Virus record (IMG/VR): IMGVR_UViG_3300011334_000363
Coordinates: 1-29,174 of that record
Source of the DNA: a virus
Taxonomy: Duplodnaviria > Caudoviricetes
Reading direction: 5' to 3' (one strand)
DNA: 29,174 bases
In this document: one piece after another, positions 7,583 to 15,035 of the stretch
Numbering within the stretch: the stretch's first letter is position 1
How the letters are laid out: every line of letters begins with the position of its first letter
Position numbers and translations under genes: made by a program
The notes under the pieces: model-generated
What the model was told of the DNA's origin: nothing
Seen by the model: only the letters and a program-made list of their open reading frames with translations
Databases searched by the model: none

Positions 7583-10117
7583 ATGCAAACATATACTATA
7601 TCCAGAGGTGAAAAGACAAGTGCTAAGTGTACACTTAGAACCGCTACTTGGCAGAAGTTGGTCAGTGTGTTTACTACTCACAAAGTTGGTAAAAGTAAAG
7701 ATGAACATGGTTATTTTGTAGGTGGTACGTTTGCAAACAATTACCGCAATGCTGAGAACATGCTCAGTAGAAGTTTGGTTACTATTGATGTTGATAGTTA
7801 TGAGGGTACTGCTGAAGATGTTTTGTTGGAGCTTGAACACACGCTTCCTTATACATTGGTGGCTTACTCCACTTACTCTAGCACTGTTGATGCTCCACGT
7901 TTTCGAATAGTTATACCTTTAGCTTCAGAAATACCTGCTCAGGATTATGAACCTTTTTGCAAAGCTTTGGCAGATGAGTTTAAAGAGTTTAAATTTGATG
8001 CTCATGGGTTCAAGCCTGAACTTGCTATGTATATGCCATCTGCATCTGTTGAGGGTGTTTATGATGCGTTTACTTTTAGCAAAGACGGTGAGTTATTAGA
8101 TGTTAATGATTTTGATATAGAGAAGTACAGAGAAATTGAAGATGGCTATTCTTTTTCTGAAGGGGATTATGATTTAGAAGCATTTGTTAATGACCAACCT
8201 TTGTCAGATGTTACTGATGAGCAAGTGGCTGAGTGTTTATCTATTTATACTGCTGAAGGCATAGTTGAGTATGAAGATTGGTTGAATGTTGGCAGGGCTT
8301 TGTATCATCAGTATGAAGGAAGTGAGCAAGGTTTTAATATTTGGTGGGATTGGTCTGTACTTGATCCGGCTCGGTTTGATGAAACAAAGATGGATCGTAA
8401 GTGGCGTTCATTTGATAAAAAGCGTGTAGGCAAAAAGCGATTAACTTTTGCTACGGTTATTAAAAAGGCTAATGAACTAAAAGAAAAAGAGGTGTTGGGT
8501 TATTTTGAAGAAATAATGAACCCTGCTGAAATTGTGGATGTTGAACACGCTGATGGCACTATTGAAGTTGTTTCTGTTGGCAATGGTGTTGTTGATGTTG
8601 ATAGTTACGACAAGTTGCGTAAGAAGTTAAGCAAAACAGCTTTAACTTTATTCCCTGAAAGCAAACGGCAATTACTTGCTCAAGAAATTTACGAGTCTTG
8701 GGGGAAAGAAGTTGGTGTTAGCAAAGCAACTATTAAAAAGGAGTTAATGCCTAAAAAGAAAGAAACCGTTAATGAGTTAGTAGCTAGTGACTTTCCTGAA
8801 TGGGCTAAAGATTGGATTTATATTGAAACACGTTGTAAGTTTCATAATATAGTTAAGAATTATAGTTTGAATAGAGAAGCCTTTAACCAAAAGTTCAGTG
8901 GCACTATTGAATGTAAAGACGAAGAAGTTTCTGCATCACAGTTAATGAGTATTAATTACCCTATGCCAACTGTTGTTGATGGTATGTACTTTCCGCTTGC
9001 AGGTGAGTTTTTTGAGTATCAGGGTAAGACTATGTTGAATACCTATAAGGTCAGTGAGATTATGTCTTTGGCTAGTTTAGAGAATCAGGGTGATGTTGAT
9101 GCTGATACTGATGGTCAAAAAGTAGTTGATTTGTTTCTGGCACATGTTTGTATGACTTTTGCCAATGAGCGTGAACAGACTATTATGTTGGACTGGATGT
9201 CCCATATTGTGCAAAAGCCTGGTGAGCGTTTACATTGGGCTTTATTATTGCAGGGCGCACAAGGTACAGGTAAATCTTATTTTAGTGTAGTCATGCAGGG
9301 TATTTTAGGGCGTAATGTTCAAAAAGTTAAACCTGAAGCCATATTGGGTCGTTTTTCAGCATGGGCTACAGGGTCTATTCTTAATATCATTGAGGAGATT
9401 TATGTATCCGGCAATGATAAATATGCTTTGATGAACAAGATTAAAGACTATATTCGAAATGAGGAATTGCAAATTGAAGAAAAAGGTCAGGACCATAGGA
9501 ATGTACCTAATTTTGCTAGTTATTTATTTTTTACTAATCATCCTGATGCTTTGGCTATTACTGAAGATGAACGGGCTTTTTGCATTATCTATGGGGCTAT
9601 TCAATCCACTGAGCAGTTGTATAAGGTTTTAGGGGGAATGGTAGCTGCTGATAATTATTTTGAAACTTTGTTTTTGGAAACTAGAAGAAGAATAGATGCT
9701 ATTGCTTGTTATTTAATGAACAGGCAAATTAGTGCTGATTTTAAACCTAAAAGCCGTGCGCCATTGACCAGTGCAAGAACGGCTATGATTAATTATTCGG
9801 CAAATGTGGAAGTTGAGCATATGCACGATTTGATTGATAAGTTTAATTGTGAAATTATAAATGAAGATGTTATTGATTTAACTTATCTGGCATCTTGCAT
9901 AAAAATGGATTTTGAAGCTGATGGCATTCAGTTACCACCAGCAAAAATGACTCAACATATTTTGTTAGGAATGGGTTTTCAGAAAGTTCCTAACCGAGTT
10001 AAGATTTCAAAAAATGAGGGTAAGAAAGAAAAACACACTGTTTGGATGAAAAATTTTGAAAGTGGTGACCCACGCATTTCAGCAGTGCAGAATTTTTACA
10101 GAAAGTGTGATTTTTAG
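7583..10117 (+). CDS. Primase-helicase (AEP-like N-terminus, PriCT-2, SF3/DUF5906-type ATPase)
   Basis: IDVD...YSTYS...PRFRIVIPL; YEDWLNVGRAL...WDWS...KWRSF; Walker A GAQGTGKS, Walker B IIEE. Confidence 0.9.
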   Translation: MQTYTISRGEKTSAKCTLRTATWQKLVSVFTTHKVGKSKDEHGYFVGGTFANNYRNAENMLSRSLVTIDVDSYEGTAEDVLLELEHTLPYTLVAYSTYSSTVDAPRFRIVIPLASEIPAQDYEPFCKALADEFKEFKFDAHGFKPELAMYMPSASVEGVYDAFTFSKDGELLDVNDFDIEKYREIEDGYSFSEGDYDLEAFVNDQPLSDVTDEQVAECLSIYTAEGIVEYEDWLNVGRALYHQYEGSEQGFNIWWDWSVLDPARFDETKMDRKWRSFDKKRVGKKRLTFATVIKKANELKEKEVLGYFEEIMNPAEIVDVEHADGTIEVVSVGNGVVDVDSYDKLRKKLSKTALTLFPESKRQLLAQEIYESWGKEVGVSKATIKKELMPKKKETVNELVASDFPEWAKDWIYIETRCKFHNIVKNYSLNREAFNQKFSGTIECKDEEVSASQLMSINYPMPTVVDGMYFPLAGEFFEYQGKTMLNTYKVSEIMSLASLENQGDVDADTDGQKVVDLFLAHVCMTFANEREQTIMLDWMSHIVQKPGERLHWALLLQGAQGTGKSYFSVVMQGILGRNVQKVKPEAILGRFSAWATGSILNIIEEIYVSGNDKYALMNKIKDYIRNEELQIEEKGQDHRNVPNFASYLFFTNHPDALAITEDERAFCIIYGAIQSTEQLYKVLGGMVAADNYFETLFLETRRRIDAIACYLMNRQISADFKPKSRAPLTSARTAMINYSANVEVEHMHDLIDKFNCEIINEDVIDLTYLASCIKMDFEADGIQLPPAKMTQHILLGMGFQKVPNRVKISKNEGKKEKHTVWMKNFESGDPRISAVQNFYRKCDF

Positions 10118-10504
10118 ATTTTTAGATTTTTAGATGAAATAGGGGTCACCACTTGGTCATTTGGGTCACCATAAATAGGTATGGTGACCCAATGGTGTCC
10201 CCTAGTAAGTTATTGATTTTTATATTATATATACTATATGGGTCACCAAGACAGGGTAATATAGGTAAAATCGTTATCATGAGAGAAATATATATTTTTT
10301 ACTGTATAAGTTACGTAAATGCTAATAAGAAATAAAAAAAATATATTCTCTTATAGAAAAGACTGCGATGGCAAAAATGGTGACCCACGTGACCCAAATG
10401 GCATATTTGTTATAAAAATCAATTAGTTATTAGGGGACACCATAAATTTAGGGTGTTTTTATGGTGACCCACGAACAAGTATTTATTTTAAAATCAACAA
10501 GTTA
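10063..10504. repeat. Candidate replication origin: GGTGACCC-type repeats, IHF-consensus sites and an AT-rich core
   Basis: About 9 copies of TGGTG(A/T)CCC in both orientations, (ATTTTTAG)x3 at 10110-10133, and three WATCAANNNNTTR sites, directly after the primase gene. Confidence 0.6.
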
Positions 10505-10532
10505 TCTTAAAAATGATAAAAATTGGAAAATT

Positions 10533-10631
10533 ATGAAAAGAAAAATGACTAAATGGTACTTAATGCCTATTGCTTTGGTGATAGGGTTTTTTATTGGTTT
10601 GTTTGGATTGATGTTATGGTTGATACGTTAA
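10533..10631 (+). CDS. 32-aa single-TM micro-protein
   Basis: MKRKMTKWYLMPIALVIGFFIGLFGLMLWLIR; GGAA upstream. Confidence 0.5.
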   Translation: MKRKMTKWYLMPIALVIGFFIGLFGLMLWLIR

Positions 10632-10699
10632 AGATTTTACCCTATGCCATTTGTGTTATTATTTTTATTATTGTGTTATGGAATGAGTGGGTTGAGTGA

Positions 10700-10924
10700 A
10701 TGAAACATAATCATTATTTTAAGAAGGTAACCCATTTAGATGCGGTTGATGTGTATCGAGTGTTGGAGTTGTTTGAAGTTACCGATCCATGCCTACAACA
10801 TGCAATAAAGAAGTTGTTGTGTGCAGGAGCTAGGGGAAGTAAGGATGAACAGCAAGATGTGCAGGAAGCGATAGATACGCTGGAGCGTTATCAAGACATG
10901 AAAGCTGAAGAGGAAATGAAATGA
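10700..10924 (+). CDS. Conserved small phage protein (DUF3310-like)
   Basis: HY...VDVYRVL.LF.V.DP.LQHAIKKLL.AG.RG.KD..QD..EA pattern. Confidence 0.75.
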   Translation: MKHNHYFKKVTHLDAVDVYRVLELFEVTDPCLQHAIKKLLCAGARGSKDEQQDVQEAIDTLERYQDMKAEEEMK

Positions 10925-11004
10925 TAGAGATAATGATATGGGTGGCTGTTGGTTATGTTGCTGTGCAATGGTTGTATTATGAGATCTTTAAGGATTTGTT
11001 ATGA
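10921..11004 (+). CDS. 27-aa hydrophobic micro-protein
   Basis: MIEIMIWVAVGYVAVQWLYYEIFKDLL; ATGA overlaps at both ends; GAGG RBS. Confidence 0.5.
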   Translation: MIEIMIWVAVGYVAVQWLYYEIFKDLL

Positions 11005-11165
11005 GATTTCCTCCAATTAATCTTTTTAGCGCACCTAAACAATTGGCGATATGCAAACACACCCATTGGATGATGCTGTATAGTTTGAAGCAGAAGTGGT
11101 GTTATGGAAAGGATTGTAATGAGAAAAGGTATATTGAAAATGATATGCCAGTACATACTAGGTGA
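11001..11165 (+). CDS. 54-aa Cys/His hypothetical protein
   Basis: MRFPPINLF...CKH...WCYGKDC...; ATGA overlap, AAGGA RBS. Confidence 0.6.
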   Translation: MRFPPINLFSAPKQLAICKHTHWMMLYSLKQKWCYGKDCNEKRYIENDMPVHTR

Positions 11166-11226
11166 TAGTTAATGGCATTAAAAACAAGTAACAAGAATCG
11201 AAAAAAAGTTAAAAGGTTTAAAGCAA

Positions 11227-11364
11227 ATGAAGACAGTTACAAAACCAAAGATTAAACGTGAAGGTAATTTATGGAAATGTTATTGTAGTTATAGGTTTGC
11301 CTATGGCGATTCACCTAAGATGGCGTATGTTAATTGGTGTAATGGTATGTGTATAAATGGCTGA
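11227..11364 (+). CDS. 45-aa hypothetical protein
   Basis: MKTVTKPKIKREGNLWKC...GDSPKMAYVNW; AAGG upstream; overlaps the next start. Confidence 0.55.
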   Translation: MKTVTKPKIKREGNLWKCYCSYRFAYGDSPKMAYVNWCNGMCING

Positions 11365-11557
11365 TGAAGTAGATGTTGCAAATGAATATTATGAGAAGAT
11401 GTTGCGATCTTCTATAGAAGCTTGTGAAGATGGTGAGCTGCACATTGATGGATCTGGAAAATGTTTATGGTGTGGTGATGTTGTTGTTAGTGTGAAAGGT
11501 GTTGTCGGTAGATGGTGTTCGATAGAATGTCGTGAAGACATGGTGAAGTATGGGTAA
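11357..11557 (+). CDS. C4 zinc-finger protein (DksA/TraR-like N-terminus)
   Basis: MADEVDVANE, then CLWC...WCSIEC. Confidence 0.7.
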   Translation: MADEVDVANEYYEKMLRSSIEACEDGELHIDGSGKCLWCGDVVVSVKGVVGRWCSIECREDMVKYG

Positions 11558-11568
11558 TTTTAAAATCA

Positions 11569-11667
11569 TGTTATAATATATGTGTGCCTAGACTTAGCGG
11601 TTGAATAATGGATTGAGCGTCCATTGGCACATAACCTTTCAGCTCATAATCTTACTCAAGGATTGTC
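11569..11667 (+). promoter_or_regulatory. Extended -10 promoter followed by a structured leader RNA
   Basis: TGtTATAAT at 11569-11577; stems TGTGCC/GGCACA and AATGGA/TCCATT. Confidence 0.6.
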
Positions 11668-12171
11668 ATGCCAATATACAAAGAACTACCATCTGTTTCT
11701 AAATTAAAAGAATTAGTCACTATCAATAATGATGGTCAAATAATATCTAATAAAACAGGAAAAATATTAAAACCATCTTTAAGTAATAGTGGTTATTATC
11801 AAATTTCATTAAAAGGTAATAGTTATGCTTTGCAAAGATTAATGTACACTTATTTCAAAGGAGATTTCCCAAGAAATTATATGGTAGATCATATTAATGG
11901 GATTAAAACTGATAATAGAATAGAAAACTTAAGATTAATAACTGGTCATCATGAAAATGCACAAAACATGATTAAATATTCTAATAACAAATCTGGTTAT
12001 TATGGAGTATGGAAAGTTGGTAATGTTTTTTATTCTAAAATACAAGTTAAAGGTAAAGCTATAAATTTAGGTAGATTTAAAACTGCTTTAGATGCACATA
12101 ATGCTTATCTTGAAGCCAGAAAAAGTTATTTTAATGTTCAACCTATCCCTAGAGATATGGTTAGCATATAA
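11668..12171 (+). CDS. HNH homing endonuclease with an AP2-like C-terminal domain
   Basis: VDHINGIKTDNRIENLR...ENAQN; NNKSGYYGV...LGRFKTALDAHNAY; noticeably AT-richer than its flanks. Confidence 0.92.
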   Translation: MPIYKELPSVSKLKELVTINNDGQIISNKTGKILKPSLSNSGYYQISLKGNSYALQRLMYTYFKGDFPRNYMVDHINGIKTDNRIENLRLITGHHENAQNMIKYSNNKSGYYGVWKVGNVFYSKIQVKGKAINLGRFKTALDAHNAYLEARKSYFNVQPIPRDMVSI

Positions 12172-12269
12172 TCACCTTACTTGCAGGTATTTATTTGCTT
12201 GCTTGCAAGAGCTTGCATGTGCTTACTTGCTGGCTGTATAAATATTAATGTGTGTATGGGGATAATAAT

Positions 12270-12455
12270 ATGAGTGAAGAGAAAAGCAAGGTTAGTCCAC
12301 AAAGTCTTGGTGGTCAAGCAAGAGCCAAGGTGCTTACGCATAATGAGAAGGTGGCGATTGCAAGACAAGGCGGAAATAAACGTGATGATACGTTGAGTTC
12401 TGAAAAGAAACATAATATAGCGGTAGAAGGTGGCAAAGCTCGTCATAGCGAATAG
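12270..12455 (+). CDS. Small basic protein with KGG-like (GG-x-AR) repeats
   Basis: LGGQARAKVL...IARQGGNKR...L...IAVEGGKAR, about 19-aa periodicity; start probably ATG 12270 (track gives 12252). Confidence 0.65.
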   Translation: MSEEKSKVSPQSLGGQARAKVLTHNEKVAIARQGGNKRDDTLSSEKKHNIAVEGGKARHSE

Positions 12456-13045
12456 TTATTGTCTTGGGGATGTGTTTGTATAGGTTTGTGGAAAACGTTG
12501 CGTAGGCGTTAAATTTGTAGGTTAATGCGTATAATGCGTGTGGAAGAGTTAGCTGGTGTGTAAGTGGGAAGGTTGGTGGGAAAATAGGGGATTTTATGAG
12601 ATTTTCATAAAAACCTACTAAAATAGTAGGAATAAATACCCAAAAACCTAGTAGGAAATAAGGTAATTAATAACCTACTAAAACACTAGGTTTTATAAGT
12701 CATTGATTTTAAACAGTTTTTAAAGTCTAAAAATAAAATAATCGATTCTAGGCGTTAAAACTTTAAAGTAATATAACTATATAGCTAAACGGTAAAACAA
12801 GCTTATTTAACGGTTTTAAGCGGTTTATGGCTATTTGTTGGAATAATTACTTAATAGGTTTTAAAACTGGTAAAGATTATAGACTTATAGTTGATGATTG
12901 ATAATGCGGTATATTGACACGTTAAAATTATATAGTTTTAAACTATCAAATAACGTTATAGTTGAATGATTTTATAGCAAGCAATAGTAGGATAGCGGTA
13001 ATCTGAAAAGATGGCTTAGAATGGATATTTTGGGATATTCAAGGC

Positions 13046-13073
13046 AAAAAAAACCCATCAATTAAGATGGGTT
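13046..13073 (-). terminator. Intrinsic terminator of the minus-strand cassette
   Basis: Minus strand AACCCATC-ttaatt-GATGGGTT-TTTTTT. Confidence 0.8.
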
Positions 13074-13100
13074 ATGGGGTTATAGGGTTATAGGGTTATA
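13069..13100 (+). repeat. 8-bp tandem repeat (GGGTTATR)x4
   Basis: GGGTTATG GGGTTATA GGGTTATA GGGTTATA read directly. Confidence 0.9.
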
Positions 13101-13257
13101 ACTTAAAATAATCTAATAATAAGTTTTGAATTAATCTACTTTTATTAGGTTCTAGTTTTAATTTATCGATTAGCAAGATTGGCAAGCTAATCATAAAGGG
13201 CTTATTTTTTAGTTCAGGTTTAATTGTAGGTCTACCAGGTTTTTGTTTATAGTTCAT
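13096..13257 (-). CDS. 53-aa ribbon-helix-helix-like DNA-binding protein (not in the ORF track)
   Basis: MNYKQKPGRPTIKPELKNKPFMISLPILLIDKLKLEPNKSRLIQNLLLDYFKL; ATGA overlap with the upstream gene; ends at the terminator. Confidence 0.7.
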   Translation of the reverse strand: MNYKQKPGRPTIKPELKNKPFMISLPILLIDKLKLEPNKSRLIQNLLLDYFKL

Positions 13258-13865
13258 TTTTTTATCTCATTAATATAAATAATATCGTTTTTTGAATAAC
13301 AGGCCATGCAATCAATACATTTAGAATGGCAATTAATGTTTTCTTTGGTGTTTTTAAAATGGGCCGTGAAAACCTTGTCAAAATGAACTGGTAATTTTTC
13401 AATTTTACCGATTACAGAACTACTATAAATAAAGCTTAGATTATCCGGCTTAACATTACCGGCTTTGAAATAAGCGTTCACAATATCTTTTCTTTTAGTC
13501 CATAGAGTGAAAAATGTATTAGGGTTATAACTTGCTATAGTTGCATAATTCTCTAAATGTTGCAGGTTGATTAATTCGCCTAATGAATGAAAACGAAAGG
13601 CCCTTGCATTAATTACTGGTATTAATCTAATTGGTAATGGGCCGTTAGATAATATCGGGCCGTTTTTGGTTATAGCAATATCTAAGTTTTTATAACGTTT
13701 TTGCATCAAAGCGGCATAGCACTCTTGACATATAATATTAATATCTTGTTTTAACTCTTGTTTTTTCATCATTTTTATACAAAATTCATTATCTAATGTG
13801 CTAGTGTTCAATGATTGAAAACCGGCAAGTTTATGTTTATCTGAATGGGTAGTTATATGTAACAT
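13254..13865 (-). CDS. GP88-like Cys-rich protein (probable Fe-S/Zn binding)
   Basis: FC...ICQECYA, FRFHSLGE, FTLWTKR, PDNL..IYS, C...CIDCMACY. Confidence 0.7.
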   Translation of the reverse strand: MLHITTHSDKHKLAGFQSLNTSTLDNEFCIKMMKKQELKQDINIICQECYAALMQKRYKNLDIAITKNGPILSNGPLPIRLIPVINARAFRFHSLGELINLQHLENYATIASYNPNTFFTLWTKRKDIVNAYFKAGNVKPDNLSFIYSSSVIGKIEKLPVHFDKVFTAHFKNTKENINCHSKCIDCMACYSKNDIIYINEIKK

Positions 13866-14107
13866 TAGATTGACTCTTTTTTTAGGTTAATTAAAACGTT
13901 ATAGATTGCTGCTTTAGTCCATAAAACATTATCAGGTGTATTATTAAAACTAAGATTATTTAAAAAATAATCTGTAGCTCTTTTAACGTTTTTATATTTA
14001 TTGATTGATTCAATAGCAAGATAATACAATTCAGAATCGTTATTTATCCAAAGCGATATATTCCAAAATGCATAATTTTTAAAACCGTTATATTCTTTAT
14101 TTTTCAT
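13865..14107 (-). CDS. Conserved small phage protein
   Basis: YNGFKNYAFWNISLWINNDSELY motif; AAGAGAA RBS-like tract. Confidence 0.8.
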   Translation of the reverse strand: MKNKEYNGFKNYAFWNISLWINNDSELYYLAIESINKYKNVKRATDYFLNNLSFNNTPDNVLWTKAAIYNVLINLKKESI

Positions 14108-14131
14108 AATAATTCTCTTTTAGTTATAGGT

Positions 14132-14242
14132 TTAAGATAGTGCTACAAGTAATTCGCATATTAAGCGTATGCCGGTAATAAAAGATAAACAACTAAGTCC
14201 AGCCAAAATATAGATTTTGTAGTTAATATTAAAATTTTGCAT
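14132..14242 (-). CDS. 36-aa hydrophobic micro-protein
   Basis: MQNFNINYKIYILAGLSCLSFITGIRLICELLVALS; GAGGTG RBS. Confidence 0.55.
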   Translation of the reverse strand: MQNFNINYKIYILAGLSCLSFITGIRLICELLVALS

Positions 14243-14366
14243 TGTTCACCTCTGCTAATAATTTAATTAATCTTTTATTTTGATTATTGAAGTCATTAAT
14301 CACTTTTTTATTATTGGCTTTGTTTGCTTTTAATAAGTCGTTTAATAATTTGTCTACTTTGTTCAT
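14229..14366 (-). CDS. 45-aa Asn/Lys-rich micro-protein
   Basis: MNKVDKLLNDLLKANKANNKK...; same AAAAGAGAATTAT leader as the 14107 gene. Confidence 0.55.
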   Translation of the reverse strand: MNKVDKLLNDLLKANKANNKKVINDFNNQNKRLIKLLAEVNNAKF

Positions 14367-14418
14367 TTTATAATTCTCTTTTGTTAAGGGTTAAGGGATA
14401 AAATCAAACTACGATTAA

Positions 14419-14446
14419 AGTATATACCTTTATATATAAAAGTCAA
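14419..14446 (-). promoter_or_regulatory. Sigma70 promoter of the minus-strand cassette
   Basis: TTGACT(14446-14441)-16 nt-TATACT(14424-14419). Confidence 0.55.
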
Positions 14447-14745
14447 TAGAATTATTTAACTTAATTTAAAAATGTTTTGAATTGTTCAAACAATTTAACC
14501 TTGCAGCTTTACACGCAATGTTATAACGTATCATCTAATAATCAGATATACATATCAAAATAACATCTAAAAAATAGATATACTGCCATTATAAAAATAA
14601 AAATAAAAAATGTGTCCTATTTTGTGTCCTTTTATAATTGCATAATAAAATAATATAATAAAATCAATAGCTTATAAGTCTATTCAAATCCCGTAGTCGT
14701 ACTTGAACTCAAATGGCTAAAATCCAGCACCCCCCTAAGCCCCGT

Positions 14746-14804
14746 CAGGCGTGGGCTAGGGCGGTTGCTAAATCGAGGGCTTGCCAGACGTGGGCTAGGG
14801 CGGT
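14746..14804 (+). repeat. GC-rich 20-bp direct repeat, 39-bp period
   Basis: CAG(G/A)CGTGGGCTAGGGCGGT at 14746-14765 and 14785-14804. Confidence 0.85.
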
Positions 14805-15035
14805 CATGACTGTTACTGGAAAAAAATGTGGGGGGACACCCCCTCAGTCCACAGCCGTTTCCCTAAAAACTTTACAAATACGCCCAAATACGCCCAAATT
14901 TCTCATAAACCCACCAAAATCCACCTCAAATACACCCAGTTTCCCCCACCCGATTACAAAAACTTTACACTTTCTTGTCGTTTTGATGTTATATTTTGTA
15001 ATAATTTTTTTACAAGAATTTTGAAAACTTTACAT

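Noticed and set aside
1283-7910. Opposite-strand or alternate-frame ORFs 1283, 3519, 4327, 6289, 7562, 7722
   Set aside because: They overlap well-supported genes and lack motifs and RBS.
10063-10472. Repeat cluster as a CRISPR array; ORF 10153..10335
   Set aside because: Repeats are only 9-10 bp, irregularly spaced and in both orientations; the ORF starts at TTG and merely translates the repeats.
11560-12175. Group I intron around the HNH gene
   Set aside because: Flanking genes are intact, there is no split host gene and no room for a ribozyme core; it is a free-standing endonuclease.
14683-14692. TTCAAATCCC as part of a tRNA gene
   Set aside because: No cloverleaf can be built from the flanks; kept only as a possible att-like fragment.
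14713-15035. ORF 14713..15024 and the 70-aa N-terminal extension of 14826..15647
   Set aside because: Both translate repeat-rich, C-skewed DNA with atypical composition; the HTH-bearing protein more plausibly starts at 15036.
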